Positions 28,229-38,059 of a stretch of 50,112 bases of DNA are shown piece after piece. The position numbers and the translations under genes were made by a program. This stretch comes from Phycisphaerales bacterium (GTDB lineage: Bacteria; Planctomycetota; Phycisphaerae; WQYP01). The number at the start of each line of letters is the position of its first letter. The first letter of the stretch is position 1. The notes beneath the pieces are model-generated. The model searched no databases. It was given only the letters and a program-made list of their open reading frames with translations, and was not told the origin of the DNA. The stretch covers positions 1 through 50,112 of the forward strand of contig DAHXKZ010000125.1 in NCBI GenBank assembly GCA_027366125.1. The letters run 5' to 3'.

Positions 28229-29017
28229 ATGCAAATTGGCGCCATGAACCATCCGCAGCGCGAAATCCTGGCCGAGCTTCAATGGATGGCCGACCTGGAG
28301 TTGGATTTTATTGATCTTACGCTCGAACCCCCGGACGCCTGTTCCTGGAAGGTGAACGTGCCGGCCCTGGCTGCCGCGATCAAAAAGTACAATCTGGGCG
28401 TGGTGGGTCACACGGCGTTTTATCTGCCGCTGGCCAGTCCGTTCCCGGAGGTGCGCCGTGCGGCCGTCGTGGAATTGGAACGCTGCCTGAGCGTCTTCGC
28501 CGCTGTGGGCGCGAAATGGATGAACGTACACCCAGACCGCAACATTCCGTTCCACACGCGCGATCAACTGGCAAAAAATAACGTGGCGAGCCTGCGCGAA
28601 CTCATGGCCGCGGCCCAAAAACACAAGGTGGGCGTGATGGTGGAAAATTTGCCCGGTTGGTACAACAATGCCCGGCAATTGGGCGAACTGCTAAACCCAT
28701 TGCCCGACCTGGGCCTGCATCTTGACATTGGGCATGCCAATCTTGAAACGCCGCAAAACACCACGGAAGAATTGCTAACAGCTTATGGCGCCCGTGTGCG
28801 CCATGTGCATTTGCATGATAACAAAGGCGGCCACCTGGACCAGCACCTGCCGCTGGGCGCCGGAACGCTGGATATTAAAAAACATCTGGCCAGCCTGCAT
28901 GCAGCCGGCTATGACGGCACGATCACGCTGGAGGTGTTCACGCCTGACCCGCACTATCTGACCTACAGCCGCGATCGCCTCCGGGCGTGGTGGAATGAAG
29001 GCCGAACCAACCATTGA
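28229..29017 (+). CDS. Sugar phosphate isomerase/epimerase (xylose isomerase-like TIM barrel)
   Basis: VGHTAFYLP, MVENLPG, LHLDIGHANL, HVHLHDNKGGHLDQHLPLGAGTLD. Confidence 0.85.
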   Translation: MQIGAMNHPQREILAELQWMADLELDFIDLTLEPPDACSWKVNVPALAAAIKKYNLGVVGHTAFYLPLASPFPEVRRAAVVELERCLSVFAAVGAKWMNVHPDRNIPFHTRDQLAKNNVASLRELMAAAQKHKVGVMVENLPGWYNNARQLGELLNPLPDLGLHLDIGHANLETPQNTTEELLTAYGARVRHVHLHDNKGGHLDQHLPLGAGTLDIKKHLASLHAAGYDGTITLEVFTPDPHYLTYSRDRLRAWWNEGRTNH

Positions 29018-29193
29018 AATGGTGGGCTACATTTGCGCGTACCATCGGCACGAACGCGGACCGCCCCGGACAGGGCGGGATCTCCACCGCTTCTCTGACC
29101 CGCCGGGTCTCCGTTCGTTCTCAGCGTCCTTACCGCCTCTGCGGTTTATTTTCCGTTTCGCCTGTGTGGCGCCGCACGCGCAGTAGATGCCCC

Positions 29194-29922
29194 TCAACTC
29201 CCCCCGTCCGCTTTTCTCCCGCCGAAGGCCGCGAACAACGTATTCACATGCAATACCTCCACGGCCGAAAAACCCGCTTCCCGCAGCAATTCCAATTGAG
29301 ACACCAGGGGCCTGGGCGTATCTTCCCGTTCAATGTAGTCAAACACATGCCGCCGGTAATCGGCCCCCTTCAGAGACTCCAGATATTTCCCGAATTGCTC
29401 CCGCATCATCGCTTGAATGCCTGGCGACGTGTGCTCAATTAAATCGAAAATCCAGAACGAACCGCCCGGCGCCAATGCTTCATAACAAAACCTGAACACC
29501 TGCCGCCACTGGCTCTCTTCACGCAAATGGTGCAGCACCGACGCGGCCAGAATAATATCGCAGCTTGCCGGCGCCAGTCGCAAATCGCGCACATCGGATT
29601 GAATCGTCTTGACCGCCCGCGCTCCGCCAGCGCTGGCCGCCGCAATGCGCTGGTCCGCCCGGTCGAGCATCGGCCGACTTAAATCGACCAGCGTGACCGA
29701 TACATGGGGCAAGAACTGCAACAACTTCAGCGTGTAGTTCCCGGCCCCGCAGCCCAGGTCCACCACATGCCGGGCATGTGGAGTGGCCGTGGCGGCGGCG
29801 CGGCAGATTAAGTCCATGGCCAGCGGAGCGTCCATGGTCGCCGCCTGCCCGGTTTCCAGATTGGAAAAGCGTTCCACGTCGCCGTCAAAGCGGGCCCGGA
29901 TTTCTTCCACTGTCGATTTCAC
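29194..29922 (-). CDS. Class I SAM-dependent methyltransferase
   Basis: VVDLGCGAGNYTL (motif I), DIILAASVLHHL, LAPGGSFWIFD. Start taken at GTG 29922 (AAGGAA upstream), because the longer ORF would overlap osmC. Confidence 0.8.
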   Translation of the reverse strand: MKSTVEEIRARFDGDVERFSNLETGQAATMDAPLAMDLICRAAATATPHARHVVDLGCGAGNYTLKLLQFLPHVSVTLVDLSRPMLDRADQRIAAASAGGARAVKTIQSDVRDLRLAPASCDIILAASVLHHLREESQWRQVFRFCYEALAPGGSFWIFDLIEHTSPGIQAMMREQFGKYLESLKGADYRRHVFDYIEREDTPRPLVSQLELLREAGFSAVEVLHVNTLFAAFGGRKADGGS

Positions 29923-29942
29923 AAAAATTCCTTGAAAGATTA

Positions 29943-29972
29943 TTGCGCCTCGCACAGGCCTGCCCCTATAAT
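29943..29972 (+). promoter_or_regulatory. Sigma70-like promoter upstream of osmC
   Basis: TTGCGC (29943-29948), 18 nt, perfect TATAAT (29967-29972). The leader carries the direct repeats AGTTTTGTCGC / AGTTTTTGTCAC. Confidence 0.35.
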
Positions 29973-30054
29973 ACCGCCGACCCGCAAGCGCGTCGACTTG
30001 AGGTTTTAGAGTTTTGTCGCAGTTTTTGTCACATTTTTTAACAGGAGTTGTCAC

Positions 30055-30483
30055 ATGCCCGTCCGAAAATCCACCGCCCAATGGGAAGGCGATCTGCAAA
30101 AAGGCCACGGCAAGATCAAGCTGGGCGGCGGCGCATTTGAAGGCCAATACTCGTTTGGCTCGCGCTTTGAAAACGGCAGCGGCACAAATCCCGAAGAACT
30201 TATCGCCGCCGCGCACGCGGGTTGCTTCTCCATGGCCCTGTCGCACATGTTAAGCCAGGCCGGGTTCACGCCCACCAGCGTGCAGACCAGCGCCAGCGTG
30301 AAACTTGAGAAAGTTGGCGAGGGCTTCAAGGTTACGCACATCGAACTGGTAACCGATGCGCGCGTCCCCAATATTGACGAAAAAAGCTTTCAGCAGCACG
30401 CGGAAAATGCCAGGAAAAATTGCCCCATCTCGCAATTGTTAACCGGCGCGCCCATTGACTTAAAGGCCACGCTGCAAAGGTAG
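30055..30483 (+). CDS. osmC: OsmC-family peroxiredoxin
   Basis: TAQWEGDLQKGHGKI...GTNPEELIAAAHAGCFSMAL...ARKNCPIS carries both conserved Cys. AGGAG lies upstream. Confidence 0.9.
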   Translation: MPVRKSTAQWEGDLQKGHGKIKLGGGAFEGQYSFGSRFENGSGTNPEELIAAAHAGCFSMALSHMLSQAGFTPTSVQTSASVKLEKVGEGFKVTHIELVTDARVPNIDEKSFQQHAENARKNCPISQLLTGAPIDLKATLQR

Positions 30484-30689
30484 CGCCATTGAACCGGCAT
30501 TGATGACCGGCTCGAACGCCCACGCGGCGAAGACCAAACGCGCGGCGATTGTTTTCATCGCCGCCTGGCGGAGCCCAGCGGCATGGCAGCGGACGGAACG
30601 TTTTTTCACAACGGCCCCGACAGCCGTGCCGCGCCCTTTTTCGGCGCGCCGGACTTCCCTTCCCCGCCCGTTTTGTCTATCTTCCGATC

Positions 30690-32636
30690 ATGACGCAGGC
30701 CCTTGCACGCACCGAAGCAGACCCACCGCCGCCCCGGCGTCGCCCCAAAATGCGCACCTTCGGCCCCAAGCGCTGGGAACCCCGCGGCCGGGGCTTTTAT
30801 CTGATCCTGACAGCCACGGCGGTGCTGGCTTTATGGATCGGCCTGCTGCTGCGGCAATGGGCCTGGCGGGCCTCCCGCTTCGTGCATTTTCGCTGGGATT
30901 TAAACAACGCCTGGCGCTGGGGCACCTACACGCTTTCCAAAAAAAAGGTCATTTATCAGGTCTACCGGCCCTGGCAGCCGCACATGACCTGGTCGCAATT
31001 TTTTACCCGGTATGTCGCCACGTACCAGGCGCGTGAACACACGGCGCGCCACGGCAACTACATTCTTGATTATGTCCCCGGAAAGTTACTTATCAACGCA
31101 CTGTTCATCTGGCATGAACGTGAACTGCATCCCCACGCCACCGACTGGTCCCCAAAAACCATCCATCCGCTCTTATGGTTCAATACCATTCTGGAACTCA
31201 TTGCCGCGCTGGCGATGTTTTTTCTGGTGCGCTATTGGGTCATCCGCGGCACGCGCGCCCCGCCGCCGCGCCAGCCGGGAGTCATTCATCAGTGGCTGGC
31301 CCGCTTGCGCCGAAACACCGCCTCCGCGCCGCCCGCGCCGGCGCCGGCGCCATCATTGCTGCGCATGACCGCCGAGGACGGACCCATTGCGCCGCTGGCC
31401 GCCATGCTGGGGCTGGTGGCGGCTCTGTGCGTTTGGCTGAATCCGGGGGTGATTTTATCCGGCCACGCCTGGGCGCAATGGGATGTGGACCTGGTTCCGT
31501 TTTATTTATTAGCCGTGCTTCTGGCCTCGCTGGATTGGTTTGCCGCCGCGGCCGTGGTGCTTTGCCTGGGGGCGCTGGTGAAGGGCCAACTGCTTTTTGT
31601 GGGCGCCATTTTCGTATTCTGGCCGTTGTTTGAGGGCCGCCCCGGCGCCGCCGTGCGTTTTTTAATAGGGGGAATGCTGACTTTTGGTCTGGCCACCGCG
31701 GCGTGGCTGTTCCGCCCCGTCGCCGGGTCGTGGGAATATCTGGCTTCAGTCATTGTGGCCGCGGGGCTGGTGACGCCCTGGATATTCATGCGCCAACGCC
31801 GCCAATGGTACTGGGGTTTCGCCCTGCTCATTACCGTGCCGCTGGTGCTGTGGCCGTGGTGGTTTGGACCCGCGTGGCGCGGCATGTGGGCGGCGGCCCT
31901 CCTGGCTACTTTGCTGGTGGCGTTGCCCTGGCGGCTTTCGCCCCGGCAGGCCCCGTGGTTTATCGCGGCCGCGACGGTCGGCGGCATGGTTCTGATCGCC
32001 TGCTGCTTCCACGGCACGTTCGCCTGGTGGCGATTAAGCTATGGCTATGGCACGCATCACTACCTCATGCTAACTTTTCCCGATACCTGCGGTCTGCAAA
32101 ATATTCTGGCCCATAATTTTCACTGGACGCTCTTTGAAACCGTTTTTACGCTGCATCTACCCTGGCTGGGCGCGGTTCCCGTTCCCATGCGCTCCTTTTT
32201 ATTCTTAAGCTTTGTAGCCACACTGCTGCTGTGCGCCTGGGGCGCGGCCCGCCAGCACCGCCGCAATGACCCGCGCTTTTTAATAGCCATGGTCACGCCC
32301 TGGCTGACCTTTTACGCCCTGGGCCCCCAGATGCATGAACGCTACCTGGTTTGGGCCGCCGCCATGTTGCCGGTGGCCGTGGTGGTAAGTTTTGGGCTGC
32401 TGTTTCTCGATTTATTTTTGTCCGTGCTCACCTGCACCATGATGCTGGCGGTCATGTTTGTCAGCAATCAGCGCGACGGGCACGCCCTGCGCCTCATCCG
32501 CGCCACCGAACCGGGCGCCGGGTACGCCGTGATATTGTGCGCACTTATCTTTTTGTATTTAAGCATTGCCACCACCCGCGGCATTCCTCTGGCACGGCTT
32601 CCCGCGCCTCCCCGACCCCGGGCCGATGATCAATGA
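30690..32636 (+). CDS. Large polytopic membrane protein (possible GT-C-type glycosyltransferase)
   Basis: More than 12 hydrophobic helices, rich in Trp/Leu/Ala. No soluble domain is recognisable, so function is guessed from architecture only. The start (ATG 30690 or 30750) is uncertain. Confidence 0.4.
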   Translation: MTQALARTEADPPPPRRRPKMRTFGPKRWEPRGRGFYLILTATAVLALWIGLLLRQWAWRASRFVHFRWDLNNAWRWGTYTLSKKKVIYQVYRPWQPHMTWSQFFTRYVATYQAREHTARHGNYILDYVPGKLLINALFIWHERELHPHATDWSPKTIHPLLWFNTILELIAALAMFFLVRYWVIRGTRAPPPRQPGVIHQWLARLRRNTASAPPAPAPAPSLLRMTAEDGPIAPLAAMLGLVAALCVWLNPGVILSGHAWAQWDVDLVPFYLLAVLLASLDWFAAAAVVLCLGALVKGQLLFVGAIFVFWPLFEGRPGAAVRFLIGGMLTFGLATAAWLFRPVAGSWEYLASVIVAAGLVTPWIFMRQRRQWYWGFALLITVPLVLWPWWFGPAWRGMWAAALLATLLVALPWRLSPRQAPWFIAAATVGGMVLIACCFHGTFAWWRLSYGYGTHHYLMLTFPDTCGLQNILAHNFHWTLFETVFTLHLPWLGAVPVPMRSFLFLSFVATLLLCAWGAARQHRRNDPRFLIAMVTPWLTFYALGPQMHERYLVWAAAMLPVAVVVSFGLLFLDLFLSVLTCTMMLAVMFVSNQRDGHALRLIRATEPGAGYAVILCALIFLYLSIATTRGIPLARLPAPPRPRADDQ

Positions 32637-32708
32637 CCAATGATCAGAAATAATGAAGTTCCTAATTTTTTGATCATTGATCATTAAGCGCAGCGATTTC
32701 ATTGATCA
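32627..32708. repeat. Cluster of five TGATCA sites / (A/G)ATGATCAATGA motif copies
   Basis: TGATCA at 32627, 32641, 32671, 32678 and 32703. Perfect 9-bp inverted repeat CAATGATCA (32638-32646) / TGATCATTG (32671-32679). Confidence 0.8.
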
Positions 32709-33316
32709 TTGTCAGATGACGTCGCGAATGGATTGTTAGCCAGCACATGTCCCAATAGTTTTTTACGTTGGACGGGCGCCATCGCCGGGGCGCCCACAAA
32801 AGCCGGCGGCGGGAATGACATTGACTTGGCATCCTGGGTTGCCGCGGGGATCGCATGATCTTTGGGCGGGGAATCCGCGGCAACTCTGTCCGCAGTCGCC
32901 AGCGTTTGGCCAGCGGGCACTGCGGCGTCGGCGAGAGCCTTTCGGGGCGCGCGGGCCGCCGGCCCGGTAGCCGCCGCAGTGGGTTTCGTGGTTTTCTTAG
33001 TCGCATCGTCCCCGTCGTCCACGGGCCAGTCGAAGCGCACACGGTACAGCGTCTTGCCTTCCGGCGGAGGGCCGTACGTCCGCTCCAATTCCGCCAGCAG
33101 CTCCGCACGATTCGCGAAACCATCGGCAATGGCGTCGGCCTCGGTTAGCCCGGCGTAGCCATCCACAACTTCCACGGACAGTATCTTCATTTTGCCCAGC
33201 CCCGGCGTGTAGCTGATCTGCCCCGCAAATACGATGGGCCGCGACCAGAACCGAATGGTCTGCCGCTTCCTGCCCTGCCGCACCAGTTCCACTAAATGTT
33301 TCTTTAATAATAACAT
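32699..33316 (-). CDS. ASCH (PUA-like) domain protein with a low-complexity tail
   Basis: MLLLKKHLVELVRQGRKRQTIRFWSRP...GLTEADAIADGF matches the ASCH pattern. The C-terminal half is Ala/Pro-rich. Confidence 0.7.
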   Translation of the reverse strand: MLLLKKHLVELVRQGRKRQTIRFWSRPIVFAGQISYTPGLGKMKILSVEVVDGYAGLTEADAIADGFANRAELLAELERTYGPPPEGKTLYRVRFDWPVDDGDDATKKTTKPTAAATGPAARAPRKALADAAVPAGQTLATADRVAADSPPKDHAIPAATQDAKSMSFPPPAFVGAPAMAPVQRKKLLGHVLANNPFATSSDNDQ

Positions 33317-33345
33317 GCCAGCTCGCGTGAATGTGCCGGGGGCGG

Positions 33346-34786
33346 TTAAACCTTCGGCTTGGCGGAATGATGCAGGCGCCCCGCATAGCGAGCGCGAATC
33401 GGTTCCACAATATTTTGCACAAATTCTTCCACCTGCTCCGGCGACCGGCCCACGTATTGCCCGCCATCCAATACCGCATGCACGTCAACGCCGGCAAAGG
33501 CGTCATCTTTGCCGATGCGGTGCAGCAGGTCATTGGGCTTCCCATGTTGCTTGACCTGCTGGGCCGCCAATTGCGAATGCCGACGTATGCGCTCGTGAAG
33601 TTCCTGCCGGTCCCCCCCCCCCCTTCACGCCCGCCATGATTAAATTTTCGGTGGCCATGAACGGCAATTCCGCCTCCAGCCGTTGTTGAATCACCGCCGC
33701 GTTTACCACCAGCCCCCGGCTGACGTGTATTAACAAATCCAGCACGGCGTCAGCGGCCAGAAAGGCCTCCGGCACGGACAGCCGCTTGTTGGACGAATCA
33801 TCCAATGAGCGCTCAAACATTTGTTCCGCGGCGGTCATCAGCGGCTGCTGAATAATGCCCAGCAGCCAGCGGGAAAGCCCCGTGATGCGTTCACAGAGCA
33901 CCGGATTGCGCTTGTACGCCATGGCCGATGAACCCACCTGCTCTTCCTCAAACGGTTCATCAATTTCCTTGAAAGCCGCCAGCAACCGCACGTCCAGCGC
34001 CATCTTGTGCGCGGCGGCGCCCAGCGTGGCCAGCGTGGAAAGTATCTGCACGTCAACAATGCGCGAATAGGTTTGGCCGCTCACCGGGTGAACGCGCTTA
34101 AAATTCAGCCGCTCCGCCACGGCGTATTCCAGTTGATGCACTTTTTCATGATCGCCATTAAACAATTCCAGGAACGAGGCCTGCGTGCCGGTGGTGCCTT
34201 TGATGCCGCGCAGCATCAGCGTCTGTTGCCGCATTTCAATATCCGCCAGCACCAGCACAAAATCATAACACCACAAGACCGCCCGTTTGCCCACTGTGGT
34301 TGGCTGGGCCGGCTGCAAATGCGTGTAGGCCAGCGTGGGCAATTCACGGTACGTGGTGGCAAAGGCGCCCAAAAGATCAATTAATATGGCCATCTTGCGG
34401 GCCGTGATAGCCAGGGCCTCGCGCAGCAGCAGTACATCTGTGTTATCAACAATGTCCATGGACGTGGCGCCCAGATGCAAGATGGGCTTGGCCAGCGGGG
34501 CAACCTGCGCGAAGGTGTGCAGGTGGGCCATGACATCATGCCGCACGCGCGCTTCCTGCCGCGCCGCTTCTTCAAAATCAATGTCATCCAAATGCAGCCG
34601 CATCTGGGCAAGCTGTTCTTCGGTAACGGGCAGGCCCAGTTGTTTTTCAGCTTCCGCCAGGGCCAGCCAGATGCGCCGCCAGGTGGAAAATTTGCGCTGC
34701 GGCGAAAACACGGCCAGCATTTCAGCCGAGGCATTGCGCGAAACAAGGGGACTTTGGTACACCTGATTGTCGTCAAGAATAGTCAC
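33346..34786 (-). pseudogene. purB: Adenylosuccinate lyase interrupted by a frameshift in a C12/G12 homopolymer
   Basis: ORF 33530..34837 carries the fumarate-lyase family body (GATSMDIVDN, GSSAMAYKRNP). The C-terminal ~74 aa (QQVKQHGKPNDLL...) continue in another frame (ORF 33346..33570). The frames switch at the C12 run 33612-33623. Confidence 0.85.
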
Positions 34787-35048
34787 GCGGTCACCTGTTG
34801 GTAGTAAGTTTGCATTGCGGCATACGGGGCTGCACAACGCGTTGCGTCACGGGCCGGCCGCACGCAATTTTCTCGTCGGCCGGTCGGGAACAGTTGAAAA
34901 AGCCGCCGCGGACGCAACAATAACGAAGCGTCAGCCACCGCCGCCGACTGGGCATGGTATGATAAACTGCTGGTACAGACAATTGGCGCTGCGCCAACGG
35001 TCCGGCGCGGCGGTCGGTTTGTTGAGACGTTCTTTACGGAGTTAACCC

Positions 35049-35510
35049 ATGGCGGATGAAAATCCCATTTCATTGGAAGTGGATAACGACTGGAAGGCCC
35101 AGGCCCAACGGGAGAAAGAATCACTGGAAGCGGCAAGCAAAGCCAAAGCAGGCGCCGCCGCCGCAGCGCCACCCGCCGCAAAAACCGATGCGGCCGCCCC
35201 AACTGCCGCCCCCGGCGGCGCAGCCGCAGCGCCCGCAGCCGCCGCCCCCCGCAAGGCACTGCCGCAGGCCTCATTTGAAGTGTTGGTGCAGCAGATTGTC
35301 ACGCAAATTATGCTGTATCTAGGCGAGATACCGCATCCATCCACCGGGCGCCGCATGCGCGATGTGGAATTGGCCAAACACCATGTGGACACGCTGGGCA
35401 TGCTGGAACAGAAAACCAAAAACAATCTCACGGAAGATGAACAAAAGCTGCTGGATTCCGCGTTGTACGAAATGCGCATGCATTACGTGAGCGCCATCCG
35501 CGGACGGTGA
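35049..35510 (+). CDS. DUF1844 domain protein
   Basis: ASFEVLVQQIVTQIMLYLGEIPHPSTGRRMRDVELAKHHVDTLGMLEQKTKNNLTEDEQKLL matches the DUF1844 signature. Confidence 0.7.
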   Translation: MADENPISLEVDNDWKAQAQREKESLEAASKAKAGAAAAAPPAAKTDAAAPTAAPGGAAAAPAAAAPRKALPQASFEVLVQQIVTQIMLYLGEIPHPSTGRRMRDVELAKHHVDTLGMLEQKTKNNLTEDEQKLLDSALYEMRMHYVSAIRGR

Positions 35511-35557
35511 CGCGGGAAGCTTATCTGTTTTTTAGGTATTCAGTTGACGGATTTCTT

Positions 35558-36259
35558 ATGATTAAAAATTCCGCTCCAATCCCCCCGGCCGCTCCCCGGC
35601 TGTGGCTGGTGCGCCATGGCCAGACAGACTGGAACGTGCAGCACCGCATTCAGGGGCATACGCCGACAGATCTCAATGAGAACGGCCGACAGCAGGCGGT
35701 GCGGCTGGCGGACATCTTTGGTCGGTTGCCGTTTCAGGCGGTCTGGTCCAGCGATTTACCGCGGGCCAGGCACACCGCGGAAATTATTGCGCGAAAACTT
35801 TCACTGGCCGTGGAAACTTCACCGGCCTTGCGCGAGCGGGAACTGGGCATCTTTGAAGGAAAAAGCTGGGATGAAATTCGCGCCATGCGCGGCGCAATTG
35901 ATGAATCGGCTGTGCCCCCCAGCGGCGACTTGGCTGATTGGACCGGCGTGCCGGGCGTTGAAACAGACGGGCAGCTATGGGACCGCGTGCAGCGGCAGCT
36001 GCTGGAAATCGGGCAGGTTCATCCCGCGGGAGATATTCTCATCGTCACCCACGGCGGCGTGATCAAACATTCGGTGTGCCATATTCTGGGCATACCCCCG
36101 CACACGCCCCGCCGCTTTCCGCTTTCCAACGGCATCACGGCCATCGTGCAGCGCCGCGCCGATTACTTTTATTTGTTAAGCCTGGCCGATGTCGACCTTT
36201 TGGCCGGGCGCGAATCCCCGGCGGACACTTCCGCCGCGCTGGCTGCGCCATCGGCGTAA
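35558..36259 (+). CDS. Histidine phosphatase (phosphoglycerate mutase) family protein
   Basis: LWLVRHGQTDWN (RHG catalytic motif) and ILIVTHGGVIK. Confidence 0.8.
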   Translation: MIKNSAPIPPAAPRLWLVRHGQTDWNVQHRIQGHTPTDLNENGRQQAVRLADIFGRLPFQAVWSSDLPRARHTAEIIARKLSLAVETSPALRERELGIFEGKSWDEIRAMRGAIDESAVPPSGDLADWTGVPGVETDGQLWDRVQRQLLEIGQVHPAGDILIVTHGGVIKHSVCHILGIPPHTPRRFPLSNGITAIVQRRADYFYLLSLADVDLLAGRESPADTSAALAAPSA

Positions 36260-36417
36260 GCTTTGATGCAACGGTCCGCGGTTAAGCGTGCAGCCCATCG
36301 GCACGCCGGGTGAATGCGGATATCCAAGATTGGTGGCCGTCCATCGTCGTCGTGGTATCGGCGTTAATCCGCGTCATCCGCGGTTTATTAGTTTAAGCCG
36401 GAACTTTGAGGACACTC

Positions 36418-37245
36418 ATGAAAAATTCAACCGAAGCCCCCTTCGAACTCGGCTGCGTTTCTTACTTGAATTCCAAGCCGCTCATTGAGCCGCTAGTGGA
36501 CAACCCTCGCGTGCGCGTGCGGTTTGCCGTGCCCGCCGCCCTGCTGGGCCTCATCGAAAAGCGCCAGGTTCAGGCCGCCCTGCTGCCCATTGTGGATTAT
36601 CAGAAAAGTCATGATCCGCTGCTGCTGGTCCCCGCCGGCGCCATCGGCAGTGATGGGCCAACCTATACCGTGCGCATTTTTTCGCCCGTGCCCCCGGCCG
36701 AAATTCACACGCTTTACGCGGACATTGAAAGCCATACCAGCGTGGTTTTGGCCCAGGTCATTCTGCGGGAGCGTTTCAGCGTTCAGCCCCGCTTGCAGCC
36801 CTTTCCCGCCGGGACTGCCGTGCCGGTGGTTAAACCCGGCGAGGCCTATCTCTACATTGGCGACAAAGTGGTGAACGCCGCCCCGCCACAGGAACAGTTT
36901 CCGCACCAACTGGATTTGGGCGAACAATGGAAAAATCTCACCGGCCTGCCATTTGTCTTCGCCATGTGGATGATGCGCGCCGACGCCGCCAGCGCGGAAC
37001 TGGCCAACCTTCTGGCCGCCACCCAACGCGCCGGCGCCGGCATGACCGACGTGTTGGTGGAACGCTATGCTGCGGCCACGCGCTGGCCCACGGAACTGGC
37101 CCGCCAATATTTTACCCATTATTTAAAATATGACGTTACGCCGGCAGCCCGGCAGGGCGTGGCCCGCTTCTTCGCCCTGGCGGCGCAGCACGACCTGCTG
37201 CCCTCCCGGCGACCTATCCAGTATTTCGGCGCGGACACCGCGTAG
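36418..37245 (+). CDS. mqnA: Chorismate dehydratase, futalosine pathway (MqnA family)
   Basis: LGCVSYLNSKPLIEPL, LLPIVDY, LPFVFAMWM. The periplasmic-binding-like fold pattern is typical of MqnA/MqnD; the N-terminus fits MqnA best. Confidence 0.75.
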   Translation: MKNSTEAPFELGCVSYLNSKPLIEPLVDNPRVRVRFAVPAALLGLIEKRQVQAALLPIVDYQKSHDPLLLVPAGAIGSDGPTYTVRIFSPVPPAEIHTLYADIESHTSVVLAQVILRERFSVQPRLQPFPAGTAVPVVKPGEAYLYIGDKVVNAAPPQEQFPHQLDLGEQWKNLTGLPFVFAMWMMRADAASAELANLLAATQRAGAGMTDVLVERYAAATRWPTELARQYFTHYLKYDVTPAARQGVARFFALAAQHDLLPSRRPIQYFGADTA

Positions 37246-37810
37246 CGAAATTTTGTTGGCCAACCGTCGGCATGCGTGCCGGTCCGCGCCGTCCGCCAAC
37301 GCCGACGCGTGACGGCCCGGCCGGTGCGCTCTCGTCCGCCCCGGATCGGGCGAAAGGATCTCTGGCGCGCGGAGCAATTTGGCACGGCGGCGCGCGCCGG
37401 CGGTGGGAAAATAAAAACCGCACACAAACGTCCATCGGCACATCGGCGCGCAAACGTCATATGCACGCGAACGCGCGCGGTATCAAAGAATTCAAACCCG
37501 TGACCAGATCTGTTAGCCGCCCGCGCCAGCCCACCGGGCCGCGACGGGCGCGCGCCGGCGGCACAACCCCGCGCCGTTGCGGGCCGACCGGTGCGCAGAT
37601 GTGCCGTCGCGCCGGCGGATATGCAGGACGCCGCGCTGCCGATGGGAGCACACGACGACGGCACGTAAACGTGGAACGAAGCCCCACCATGAATGGATGA
37701 GGCTAGATGGGTTTGCACGCGTCGCTGCGCCGAGGCGCGGGGTGCGAATTTTTTTCTCGACATCCCCCCGCGACGCGGTAACATCCACGGACGCAAACGG
37801 TTCCAGGACC

Positions 37811-38059
37811 ATGAACATATGGGACTGCATGGGTATCAACATCAACAGCGCGATCACACCCGCCGATGGCGTCCGCGGCGCCACCGCTCAGGCGTTCCAA
37901 CATGGCCGTGGGCGCCGCACATTTATTGTTAGCCCGAATGGGCGCCTGACGATAGCCCGGCGTGAAGCCGCAGCGCAATGCCGGCGCGACGGAATCAAAA
38001 AAAGTAATAAAAGTCCCCGCGGGACGGCTGAATTGGTGCGGAACGACGACGGCACATAA
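37811..38059 (+). CDS. Hypothetical small protein (weak)
   Basis: 82-codon ATG ORF (MNIWDCMGININSAITPADG...) with mostly G/C third positions in its first half. The SD is poor and no homology is recognised. Its 3' end lies inside a 26-nt direct repeat. Confidence 0.2.
   Translation: MNIWDCMGININSAITPADGVRGATAQAFQHGRGRRTFIVSPNGRLTIARREAAAQCRRDGIKKSNKSPRGTAELVRNDDGT

Noticed and set aside
27641-28678. 345-aa minus-strand ORF
   Set aside because: It runs antisense across two well-supported plus-strand genes (the NTase-like gene and the sugar-phosphate isomerase). Its product is Arg/His/Gly/Ala-rich with no motifs. This is a typical high-GC shadow ORF.
29923-30246. N-terminal extension of the SAM-methyltransferase ORF (350 aa in the track)
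   Set aside because: It overlaps osmC on the opposite strand and the intergenic promoter region. The methyltransferase fold starts after GTG 29922, which has an AAGGAA SD.
32627-32708. CRISPR-like array
   Set aside because: The repeats are only 6-12 nt long and are contiguous or overlapping in both orientations, with no spacers. There are no cas genes in the window.
37119-37796. 225-aa minus-strand ORF and other overlapping ORFs in the 37.2-38.1 kb gap
   Set aside because: These are extremely Arg/Ala/Gly/Pro-rich in every frame, overlap the mqnA 3' end and have no motifs. They are treated as non-coding.
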